This document shows positions 39,236 to 51,283 of a stretch of DNA of 64,000 nucleotides, piece by piece. Under the pieces are notes generated by a model. It was not told the DNA's origin, searched no databases, and saw only the letters and a list, made by a program, of their open reading frames with translations. The DNA comes from Lingula anatina. Its lineage: Eukaryota > Animalia > Brachiopoda. Position 1 is the first letter of the stretch. Each line of letters starts with the position of its first letter. Both the position numbers and the translations under genes were made by a program. Location: the NCBI GenBank assembly GCA_051362555.1, contig CM120640.1:27676503-27740502 (forward strand). The letters are read 5' to 3'.

Positions 39236-40779
39236 TATTTGAAATCAGCCTTCTGGGGCAGAAACAGACAGAAACCCACGTGTATGTCGCTCGCTTCCGA
39301 TCTCGTGTACGAAGGATGACTCTTATCATTTAGGAGGTTAGAAATATGAGCATTGTGGTTGTTGAGCTCTCGCCTGTTCAGCTATCACATTTATAAGAGG
39401 AGACTGTTACAGGGCATTTAGCACGTCAAAATATTATCATGTACAAATCCAGATTAAATCAACATCCATGACATACTTACTATACAGAAGAGATTGAAGA
39501 CTCCAAAATTTCTTTTATAAATTCGTGTACCTGTGATGTACACAACGACTTATGTGCCATGGTTTTCTTTTTTATTGCCTATATTTATATGGTACACGTG
39601 ATACACACTACTGCAGTAGTCTACAACAACTTGCCATGATTTTTTATAATTATTTCTTTATTTTTTTATTATTTTTTTACTTAACTGAATCACGGATGTC
39701 ATTGCTGCAGTTACATGTTTATTAGGGTAGACTAGAGAGGTCATTTGTCTCAAATTATCATTTCACTGATAATGCTGCATCCATCGGGTATACAACATTT
39801 CTCATCACATCAGTTTAAGGTAATTTAATCTGATTGCTTTTCTTATTCTTGCAAAACCGGTTGATGGTTCTAGTCGAAAGAAATTTTACGGTTTTATCCA
39901 AGCGTATATTTTAGTATTTTCCAGCCAAACTGAATTTTCCCCGAAAATTTTCTGCGGCTCACGACTCATTTGATTCAATGCTTTATACCATTTTCAACAA
40001 AAGGATTTAGTTCCTTATAACTGGCCAGTCAATTACAATCATGTGCACTTTTTTAAGAAGAGAATAGTGATATTGGGTACATGTAGGCTTACTTTTCAGA
40101 TCTATTTGAGGGGTCTTATCGTTTTTAAGATCTGGGTTGAAAAAGATAAGTTTTACAGAATACATGTACTGTATGTATACAACATATATGACTCTGGGGC
40201 ATTTTAGAACATCTATTAATCAATTAAATGATCGATCGATTAATTAATTGATTGATTGGTGGGCTATTCTCGCTTTCAGAAACTTCTTCCCTTCAAGCTG
40301 GCTAAATTAGATGATAAATATCATAGCATATTATAATTTATCAACTTTCTTTAAAATTACCAAGGTGTCTATTTTGTTTTGAAATGGTCAGAAAACACCT
40401 GCTCCCAGATCACTTACTGTAAGCTTAAAAATTAAGCTTAAAATTTGAAACACGGCAAACGTTTATAGCCTACAAAATATTATCATATTTTTAAAGAGTA
40501 TTTCCCAAACTCTCTCACTTACACTTAAATTGTTACATTAGGCCCCTATTAAAGATGTACACAGAGACGAGGAAAGTACATATAATGGCACTGTAGAATG
40601 AAACATAAGACCACTGACCCGTTTAAAGCTAATTGAGATGTACTTAAAATAAATGTTTGAGTTTCACGCTGGCGGCTTTGTTGCAGTTGACCATGGTGTC
40701 AGGACGAGCAGCTAGCTCCTAACTAGAGTTGTCCCGACCTGACGTCACACTGGACGTGACCTGCCATCAGACACCTGTA

Positions 40780-40942
40780 CGGTGTAACGAAACTGAGGGT
40801 CAGTGTAACATAAAGTCCGCCTTTCATTTAGTTATAATGGTTAGGGTTAGCCTGACCTAAGTGGGTCAAAATCTAGGGTGAGACATACCTGTACAAATGA
40901 ATGGGAACTCTAATATGGGGGACTCTCTGTCACGTTACACCG
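40780..40942. mobile_element. Small TIR element upstream of CYP copy 2
   Basis: Paralog of 28123-28285. Confidence 0.55.
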
Positions 40943-41713
40943 GGTTAAAATCCATACAAGATAGATAAAACAGACATTGCACTGCATCAAGCCTTACATG
41001 ATATATAACTTCGCAAGAGCTAAGTAGGCCTACTAGTATGCCCGGCAAAAGAATTGCAAAATATTCAACTCTTCAAAAACGGAGATAAATAATAAAACTC
41101 GGGGGTTTATTTTCTTCAATATCTCTGGCAGTGAAAATTGTTTTGTCAAAATAAAGAGAGAGACTGTCGTAACAAACTGACTGATTTAAACTCGGAAGAA
41201 TAAAACTCTGGCCTGAAGTGATGAAGTCAAAAGGACAACAATTACTCTTCATTTTTGACGGGAAAAGTGCCAGAAACGGATTTTCCTGGGGTAAACGACA
41301 ATGCTCCCATACTAACCTATCGTTAATGAATCCGTTCCGATATTCGAAGATAGTCGATTTTATGTTTTTCTCGGCTTTTTTTAAAGAGATTATTACGGAG
41401 AGTAGGCATCTATGCAGGCCCACGTGGTCAAGTGTCAAGCACAGATATCAGAATACTTGCGATAACCACCGTTTTGGTGGTAAAATGGACTTATTAGATT
41501 TCTATGTGTTGTTTACAATGTGTTTATTGACTTTTGAATCTCAAATGAAGAGCTGTCATACCTTTTGATAAGGTCATCAAGGCAAATCAAATTTACATGC
41601 ATTGTGCGTCCGTGTGTAGGCCTGCGGGAGTACTTAGATATCTTTGCGTCATGCAAATTTGAAATGAGTTGAACCAAGGAGGGCATCACATTCAGGCAAA
41701 ACGAAAAGAAAGT

Positions 41714-43724
41714 ATGGCCGATCACGAAGTTTTATACCAAGCGATAGTTACGGCACTTATTGTGCTTCTGTTATATTCTATTTTCTTCAGATTATGGAAA
41801 TGGTACAGCATCTTCAGACTGCTCCCTCCTGGTCCTTGGGGGTGGCCATTTATTGGATACCTCCCTAAACTTAAGACGAACAGGCATCTGGTCCTAACGG
41901 AGTTAAGGAAGACGTACGGCGATGTGTATTGCCTGAAAATAGGAGTACATCGAGCTGTTGTTCTGAATGGGTTGGAAACCGTTCGCCACGCCTTAGTTCA
42001 TTTAGGGGAAAACTTTGCAGGTAAGAAAGACACCTGTTGGGTTAGGACCTAGATGTCCTATATCATTTCAGTTTTTGAAGTTCAAAGGAAACAGTTATGG
42101 GTAATTTCATATCTATTAGTTTACTTGCAAGCTTGCATCTGATATGTGGAACTACAGACCAACTATTAACTAATAGGTTATTGCTTCAGCCTTACAGAAC
42201 TTCATTTTAATAAATTTTGATAAATTTTGGAATTCATTCAGAAATCTGAATGGTTGTTTTGCATAGTGGTCAAACAACAAGAGCAAAAACTGAAACCATC
42301 CATCACAAAACATATAAATATTTGTTATGATTTGCGAACATCTTTTTCGTCGTTACAACTTGTTGGTTGCAATGTGAAATGCTCCGTCTCTGTAAAAAAA
42401 AACAATCAACGTAGAATAACTAACGTTTAGATTGGCATGCACAGGTCGCTGAAGTGTACTGAAGAATTGCAATATACTCGTGCTTTTAAAAGCATTTTAT
42501 TTTTGTAATATTTAAATTTTTATTGCAGGACGGCCGAGTTTTCATACGTTTCAGTTCATTGAAAACGGTAATAGCATGGCCTTTTGCGATTTTGGTCCTC
42601 GTTGGAAAGTGAGAAGAACAATTGCCTTAAATGGACTGCGTGCGTTTTTAAGGGATAAGGTTCACCCTGTTGAGATTGCAATGACAGAAGAAGCAATATA
42701 TCTGGTAGAGACATTCTTGGGCAATAGTGGAAAGCCTTTCAATCCAGAAAACAGCGTATATCTTTCACTTGGTTCTATAACATTCGGTTTGTGTTTTTCG
42801 GATCACACGTTAGGCCGCAGCGATGCTGACTATCTGAAACTGATAAAAAGCGTCCGCGACTTTACTCAGAATGTTGCGGCGTGTAATTTGGTTGATATTT
42901 TGCCATGGCTTCGATATTTATGGAAAGACAAGCTCAAAAGTTTCATTGAAGTTAATAACACACTGCAATCCATTCTAAGTCGACAAGAGAGAGAGCACCT
43001 CGCAACTTTTGAGGAAGGTCACATGCGGGACATATTGGATTCCTTTATTAAAACTTGCCGTGAAACGAACGAAGAAATTAAACAAGAAGTTCAACTCAAA
43101 GACGAGCATATAACTAACATAGCTGCAGATTTTCTTCGTGCAGGTACTGTCACTGTGTCGGCGACGCTAACATGGGCTCTGCTCTACATGATAACATATC
43201 CCAAAATACAAGAATGTCTGCAAAAAGAAGTCGATGACGTCATTGGTCCAGGGCGAAATCCACGATTGGATGACATGGGGTCTTTACCGTATACAGAGGC
43301 GTTCATCTTGGAGACGCTGAGGAAATCCTCAATTTCCCCACTGTCTTTGCCCCACGCTACCACCAAGGACACTACTCTGTATGGATATCATATCCCCAGG
43401 GGCACTTGGGTGATCCCTAATTTGTTTTCGATAAGTCACGATGAAAAATTTTGGACGGACCCCCATGTTTTCAGACCAGAACGCTTCTTAACGCCAGAAA
43501 ACACTGTGGATGAGACCCTCGCCAAGAGTTTCCTCCCCTTTAGTGCCGGCAAACGGCGTTGTTTAGGGGAATTACAGGCGCGCTGGGAACTTTTTCTTTT
43601 TGTCGCAACTGTCGTTCAACGTTGTCACTTTGAGAAAGTGCCCGGGGAAAAGTATGACTTGGCTCCTGAATTCGGACTGGTTCTGCATCCAAAACATTTT
43701 AATATCATAGCCAAATCGCGTTAG
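41714..43724 (+). CDS. Cytochrome P450, clan 2, CYP1-like (copy 2), 500 aa, 2 exons
   Basis: Exons 41714-42020 and 42529-43724; same motifs as copy 1; 14 amino-acid differences by manual comparison; no stops or frameshifts. Confidence 0.95.
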
Positions 43725-44265
43725 TTCGTGCTATTGAGACAATGATGACGCTGCATTTTACTTGGGCGTATTTTACTCTTCCATATTGAGTAACTAGATA
43801 AATGAAATGCATACAAATCCCCTATGGTGTTAAAACACGTAATAGGCCTATTATTAAGAGATATCATAGAAATATTCATCATAGCATGTGGCCTATACAT
43901 TGTGTACAGTACTAAATACTGTGGCCATGCAGGTTTTTGGGTAGCATAATAAAGGCTTGGCCAAGCAACATCCCAAAGATAGTTTATGCGACTATTCATA
44001 CCTATCTATACTATTTGTGAATATCAACATGTAAAAGCACTTAAATACTATATTTTACAAAATTAAAACAAGTTTATCTCGCATAAAACACATAATAATT
44101 TTCACATTCATTGTAACATGTTGCTTGGAGTAATAAAAACATAAATGTGCTAGTAGCAGAAAAAAACGAAAAGTAAAAGACTTAATTAAGAGGAACATTT
44201 TTTCATTTGAGTTTTAAGCACTTGAGAAGGTCACATACGTTGTACATAGAGCTTTTCTTTACTTA

Positions 44266-44302
<37 letters not shown>

Positions 44303-47300
44303 TGTGTTTTCACTATATGAGGCACATATGTTTTCAATCACGTTTATCTGCCACTCTGAAGAAGATTCTATTTTACAATGATAAGTTGTGGTGTCCTCTC
44401 TAAAATAGGGTGTCACAATTACATTTTACAACACCACATTTTTATACATACGTGTCCCTTGGCAGACTACCTGTAATATGAGGCGTGACTTGTGTAATGT
44501 TGGTTCAATCTGGTCAAAATCTTTACCTGAACTTCAAGTGTATCACAGCATACTTTGCATTTAGGTCTACAGCCTTTGAAATGAATATTGTTAACGATGT
44601 TAAATTATGGGTGGTAGCTTGGATTGGGAATAAAAGCTGCCACAGACTGAATAATGCATTGCGTTTTCGCATGCGACAGGGTAAAATGAATTATAATTTA
44701 TCACTGGGTGATCAAAAGGTTGAGGTTGTGTAAGCACAACACCTCCATATTTCATATTGCATAACAAACGTCTCCTTTCCGTTCTTGGCATCTTGGATCC
44801 ATCACTGTCTAATAACATAAGAAATATATCTATGAGGTCATATGCTAATGCTGAGAGGGTTTGCAAATTTGCATGTAGTTTTTGCTTCAGGCGATAGGTA
44901 GCGACTGTTGTCACATTCCATGACTTTACAGAGAAGTAGAAGAAGGCTATTTACGCTTCTGGTGATTCTGAAAAAAAAGTTTGGGAGTTCTACTTGTTCA
45001 ATGGACATTTTTTGTCATGGTGTTTTTCTTTTAACTGTTTAATCTCCCATACTGATGTTCTTGCGTCTTAATGTCTATTCCTGCAAAATTCACGCTATTT
45101 GAACAAAATCGCATTTACACATACCTCAGTAACGGTGTAATTTCACCTTAACTATTGTATAAAAACACATTGTATAAAAAGCGGTCATAAACTGAAACCG
45201 AATTGCAGACGGAGATGAAGCAAGAGAACGTACCGTACACGTGAGATGGAGGGTATTCTTTTTAGGTAGGCACATTGTGGTTGCTGCGCTTTCTAACACA
45301 ATTTCGATGGAATGAAAAGCAAGAACTGAGAGGACGTCGCAAACGTCTTTGTGGCCAAGACCAGTGTTCATACCGTGAATTACCTGAGAAATCGATTGTG
45401 CTAGGGGTGAAAGAATGCATAAATTTGTTTTTAGTTTTCCCTTCAATGGCGCTGTCATAAATTTCAACGTAAACCCTACTTTGTCAGAAAATATCTTTTA
45501 AAAATGGAACTACTATTTATAGTAATTAAGCCAGTGGAATTAAAACTATAGGGACCTTTCTGCTTTTACGAAAGAGATTTTTTATGTCTTAACATTCTGT
45601 GAGCTTCTTATCTCTTTAAATTCAGAATTTAAAATTATACAAACCTCCAATTAAGGTCCCTGATGTCGATAGGTACACAAAATATTAAGCCCAAGTGCAG
45701 GAAAGAGTCGAATAGTTTGTGAGTAGGAAGACATTGCTTTTTTTTATCGAAGAAAATTAGATTTGGGCGAAAATCTTACATAGCCTTCATCTGTAGAATT
45801 CATTAAACTATGTACTAGCTGATGCAAATATCTTCATGTTTTTCAGTCGCAGTCTTGCAAGAAAATCCAAAACATTACATAATTGTTTTTAAATTAATGT
45901 TAACGAAGCTACCACTGAATTTCCGAGATGTTATTTAGTAGGTTATCTGTAAGTGGTCCCTACTTTTTCGACCATTTTGGATAAATATACTTTTTGTCAG
46001 CATAACTCTAAGCCCTTTTTATTTAATGCTTTATTACATATCAAAATGCTAAACTAAAACATTAACATTGACAAAGTAGCCACTTTGAAATTGATGGCGT
46101 TATTTTGTGTCTCACTGACTTTAAATTAGAACGGTCGAACAGACATTCATCAGCAGGCTGTACGTCTATACAGTATGATGACTTTTCTATTGCAAGGGGG
46201 AATGTTTAAGTTAAATTATAGTAAGAGTATAATTATTAATCCTTTATGTTCAGTTTGGCAGGCTGCGGGCGGGTGAGCAATTGCTTTCTCTCAGTCCATC
46301 AGAATTCTTTCACTTTTCCTCAGTCAGCGTCAACGTTTCAAATATACTAGTCTAGTGGGATTTCCACAAAAGATGAATAGTAGGGGCATTTTGGGGTAAA
46401 AGTTGGGAACCAGGCTTATTAGCATAATTTTGGGATGCTGAATCCGATTAACCCGGTTCCCAAGCGAAATTTTGCGTTTTTAACGGTCTAATTTGCAAAA
46501 AAACAAAATGGCCGCCAGATTTCCTATTTTCTGCAATATCTCTGGAACTAGACAGGCAAATATGACAAATGAAGTGTCTTTACCTATATTTTCAGGGTCG
46601 AGGAACATTATTAAGATGTTTCTGTTAAAATTAGATTTACGCAATTTTCCTAAATATGCAAATTAGGATCGCCATTACTGAAAAAACGTTTTATTTCTGT
46701 ATCTCTGTACCTAGGTAAGCAAACATGACAAATGAAGTGTCTACACCTATGTTCTCAGGGTCAGGGAATGTGATAAATCAGATGTCTTGTCTGATGGGTA
46801 GCACTGACTTTGTGAATCGTGTCCGAGTAGCACCTTTTATTGTTTCTTCCTTGTATCTGTTAAACACAAGTCAATCTGCTGATAGTTAGAACCTGCCTTC
46901 AGAACTGCTCTTACGTAAACTAGGCAAGCAAACATGACATATGAAGTGCCCACACCTATGTATTCAGCGTTAGGGAAAGTTGTTAAGACATTTTCACTAT
47001 AATCAAATCAGCAATGAGTGCTACACTGTCACACTGTAGCAATTATTCGAATCTGAATTGAATTTTGCAATTAAACACTGCGCTGCCATTGGGATGTAAA
47101 CATATTGGATCACACAACTGCCCCTTTTACCTAGATTTAAAAAAAGATTTCCTTATTAATGCAATGGAGGGATTTGCTGAATCAAGTAATTCATGTGATG
47201 CAATGTACGGACTTGACATTTAAATGGATTTTTTTCAAACATATTTTCTTTGATTTTTTCCCATATATTAGTGATGGATGAAAAAACACTTGTTATCATG

Positions 47301-47519
47301 TTCCATATGGCTTTAATAAATCAACCCGTGTGAATACATCATCAAAATTTTAATTTAAATACGTATTCAAATCAGCGTTATAAACAGCGCATGGATAATT
47401 TTATAGCTGATAACAACAAGGTATTAAATACTTATGAACTCGATATTATCAAGAATATCAGTTGGTAAGGATTTTCTCTTACACAACAGAACCATCAAGA
47501 CAAATGTGAAAAATGGGAA

Positions 47520-48519
47520 CTGATAAGAACGCGCGCAGCCTCTTCTAGCTGCAACCAGAGCCCTCACTCGGTGAGGGATCCATGCAGAGAGGTTTCTGAG
47601 AGTTTGATCCAGTATTGTGTTACACGCATTAGTAAGAGCTTGCATAAGCTTGTGCCGATTTGTAGGCTGGACGGGTAAGCTCTTGATTCTGCTAGCGATT
47701 TATGCCCACAGGTTTTCTATAGAATTCATGTCAGGGGAATTCCGTCGGCCAAGGCAACTGGTTTACCTCTTAGTTTTGCAGAAAAGCAGTTATTGCATGG
47801 GCACGGTGTGGTCGGGCATTGTCATCTTGCAGGACGAAGTTGTCCTGGAAGTACCTTCTTGCAAATTGCAAGCAAGTATTCTCTAAAATGTCCCTTTATT
47901 TTATCTGGTTAAGGTTTCCATCAATTGTCACCAATAGTGTTTTGGCTCCAGTGTGGAAACCGGCCCATACACAGATACTGCCACGGACACAAGTCACTCT
48001 AGTGTGACACAATCCTCGTGCAGTAACTCGTCTGGAAGGCTACTGACTGATTCAGCCATCACGGTGGTGGAACTAAAACCCTGCCTCATCTGTAAAAATC
48101 TACATGAACCCAGTGCTGTGCCTGGAACCGCAAATGGTGTCTAGCCCACCACAGAGGTAACCAACTAAAAGTAGCCTTGCATTCACTAGAGCTCTAGAAA
48201 AATGCTTTTGAATGGTAATTTGCCACTCATTTTTTACAGCAAGAGTTGTCTTTGTCCGGTTGTTGCGACATAACCGCAGAAGCAAGCGGTCTTCCCTTCT
48301 GGTGGTGACTTTAGGACGTCCTGGCCGTGGTCTCTGTGTTAATGTACCAGTCTGGGCGTGTTTCTGTAAGACGTTAGAAACTGCTCCCTGGGACACATGC
48401 AGCTGTCTGGCAATAGCAGTTTGCTTCAGTCCATTCTGGCATAATGCAACAATAATGTGGCAAGTTGCTGCCGTTAGTTCACATACCGTAAGGTCAGCTA
48501 ACAGTCTGCAAAATATCAA
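47520..48519 (-). pseudogene. Degenerate Tc1/mariner (DD34E-type) transposase inside the Academ-like element
   Basis: HTH region GLKQTAIARQLHVSQGAVSNVL...PRPGRPKVTTRREDR, then frameshifted catalytic pieces IFTDEAGF*, FVLQDDNARPHRA and SPDMNSIENLWA*. Confidence 0.85.
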
Positions 48520-49134
48520 ACTATTTGACTGGATGTTGCCGAAATATAGAGACTTATTCTGCAGAAGTGCTGCCCTTTTATACGCATCCTGTAACCAGCC
48601 AAAGAGGACTGCTCAGAGAAACTGCCACATATTACGTAATACAACCGCGCTTCAGAGAAAGCAGCCTAATGAACAATAACCAACACACCTGGCTACACAT
48701 ATACCTGATCACAATTGTCATATGTTATCAATTTTTCTGAAAAAGTTAATTTATTATCAACACTTTGCTTTTGAACTAAAATATTCCATATTAAATGTCA
48801 ATATGTATGTGTATACTTTAAGTACACGATGACATCTCACCTCATCCATTTCAGTGATTTTTCCATTAGCTTATTACTGGTTATCCGTTGGTATCGTTTC
48901 ATTTTAATTAACAAAATTTCTTGAATTTTAACTTTAATCTTCTGATATTCTGTTGATTCACTTCTAATTGATTCTATTAAATTATTGACGATACGGAAAA
49001 CATTTCTGTGTTAATAGCATGTCTGAGCAGTTTCTCAAGCTTCTAAACGATTTCTTTGAGACCAAATCTGTAACAGAAAGGTTAACAGAAGACGTATTTT
49101 GCCCTGATGAAATTAAACTGAATGACTCCTAACC

Positions 49135-49389
49135 AAGTGGCGGATTTAGAGGGAGTGGGGTCAAGGGGGCCCTGACCCCCCCCCCCTTGAATTCCGGTCC
49201 CCCTCTTGAAACTATAATTTTGACTAGCTGAATCATAGTTGTAAACCATACCAAATGGCACCGTTTGCCCTCTTAAATACCAAAATTGTTCGTGGCCCTT
49301 CAACAGGCCCCTAACCAGTTGCCAAGTGTAGGGGGGGAGGCTTTGAATCCGCGGACTCCCCCCTTCAAATAATCCTGGATCCGCCTCTG
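49135..49389. mobile_element. GC-rich 'GGCGGAT...ATCCGCC' MITE-like insert inside the Academ-like element
   Basis: Ends aagtggcggatttag / ctggatccgcctctg with internal G/C runs; no clear TSD. Confidence 0.55.
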
Positions 49390-50005
49390 CTCACCTTGCC
49401 TTATAATTGATTGGCAAGCAATGGCAATTTCACTGGGAAAGCCTGACAATGCAGTGACCTTTGGTAGTTTGGCTGACAAGTACGTAAGGTTCTAACTATC
49501 AGCAGATTGACTAGTGTTTGACAGATACAGGGAAGAAACAATAAAAGGTGCTACTCGGACACGATTCACAAAGTCAGTGCTACCCATCAGACAAGACATC
49601 TGATTTATCACATTCCCTGACCCTGAGAACATAGGTGTAGACACTTCATTTGTCATGTTTGCTTACCTAGGTACAGAGATACAGAAGTAAAACGGTTTTT
49701 CAGTAATGGCGATCCTAATTTGCATATTTAGGAAAATTGCGTAAATCTAATTTTAACAGAAACATCTTAATAATGTTCCTCGACCCTGAAAATATAGGTA
49801 AAGACACTTCATTTGTCATATTTGCCTGTCTAGTTCCAGAGATATTGCAGAAAATAGGAAATCTGGCGGCCATTTTGTTTTTTTGCAAATTAGACCGTTA
49901 AAAACGCAAAATTTCGCTTGGGAACCGGGTTAATTGGATTCAGCATCCCAAAATTATGCTAATAAGCCTGGTTCCCAACTTTTACCCCAAAATGCCCCTT
50001 GCCTC

Positions 50006-51283
50006 TTATGCAGAGCCTTTTTTCAAAAATCTCACTAGACTATACGGCAAAGCATATTTTGATTTGGGCTTAATCTCCTTCACCTGAAAATGAACTTTAC
50101 TTTTTCTTTTCTCAATAACAAATCTTTCTGGCCGATACTTGGGAAGGTAGGACATTCCTGACGACGCAGCCGATGTCAAGTCACTTCTCCGATACGGTCT
50201 CTCCACCCGCTGTTTCGGTGCGTAACGGTACGAGTTTCTATAAGTGGGTAAATGGTCGCGTGTCACAGGTTTACAATATATACAGTGCGTTTTATAACTT
50301 TCAGCGAGAATGTGGCCCAAATTTGGTGCTACTAAACTCCTCGGTGTCGCATCCACGGGCGGAAAAGCATAATTCTGCACTTTCCTTGCAAGAGCTCGAT
50401 TCGTTTTTTCGATGCAATAAGAGCAAGAACTTGGCCCAAGAACATCGCAAAACGCCTGGGAAAACGTCGCATTTCGATTCCTTGCACCTCCGCATCTCGT
50501 TGGTTCGTAATTTCTAGGATGTGTCTGCACAAAAGAAGGAGTCCTTTTGCCAATGAATTCGTCGATAGTTTCCTGAGTTGGAGTCACGACGCGATCCTTC
50601 CACCTTGCTGTATAATTTGGCACACCGTAAGGGACTAGTTCAGCCTGAGCAGGCCTCTTCAGTTTTTGTATTAACTGATGGGGAAGGCGATGCTTTGAGG
50701 CGGACTGGAGTCTGGATCGCAAGATCATCTCCTTTTCAACTTTTGCGTCTAAGTTTTTGGGTAACTGGCCTTCCCCAGTCGACGTATCCCAGTCTTCTTG
50801 GATCATTTCAATTGCCTCTAATGCGTCTGAACTGCAACAGAGAGAAGCGCCATTTACGTACAGTGTGCTTAATGCAGGATGCGTCTCTTGATTTAGAAAT
50901 GTTCAATTTTGTAGAAACCTTTTTGCATAATTGCTTAGCCTAATGAAATCGAATAGCATAATTGTTTATTTATTAGCTTAGCGTGTTATTTCCTAAACAA
51001 AAGTTAAGGTAATCATTTTACTTTACAGCTAATTTTTTAAAGAATAACTTTTTAATTTTTTTAAAAGCTCTTCTTACCTAACCAGCGACAGCAAAGATTT
51101 CGCTCTACGGTAGGGTTCTAATCGACTAGGATCAACACCGGAATTTCTTCGTAACTTTCTGATTATCTGTCCTTCGACTAAAAGAGTGTTCTCTCTGGTA
51201 GGAGGATTCGAAGCGGATGATGTTATAGAGAAGTAATCACTGGTGGGAGAGCTCGCATTATCACCCACGCTGAAAGCGGTCAT
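50006..51283 (-). CDS. Uncharacterised basic protein (orphan gene, copy 2; 343 aa with a TE-derived C-terminus)
   Basis: Exons 51078-51283 (acceptor at 51318, ATG in AGGATGA context) and 50006-50831. The last 11 residues SLVRFLKKGSA* are read from the transposon TIR. Candidate upstream donors at 52013 and 51807. Confidence 0.75.

Larger units (their letters stand above)
46348..50042. mobile_element. Non-autonomous long-TIR DNA transposon, Academ-like
   Basis: Termini TAGTCTAGTG...CACTAGACTA, ~550-bp TIRs (46348-46894 / 49487-50042), 3-bp TSD TAC (46345-46347, 50043-50045); empty site aaata-tac-ggc at ~33999-34009. TAG..CTA ends, long TIRs and a 3-bp TSD fit Academ. Confidence 0.85.

Noticed and set aside
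48100-48519. Tc1 ORF as the transposase of the long-TIR element
   Set aside because: Tc1 makes TA TSDs; the outer element has a TAC TSD and TAG..CTA ends, and the ORF is far more decayed than the TIRs.
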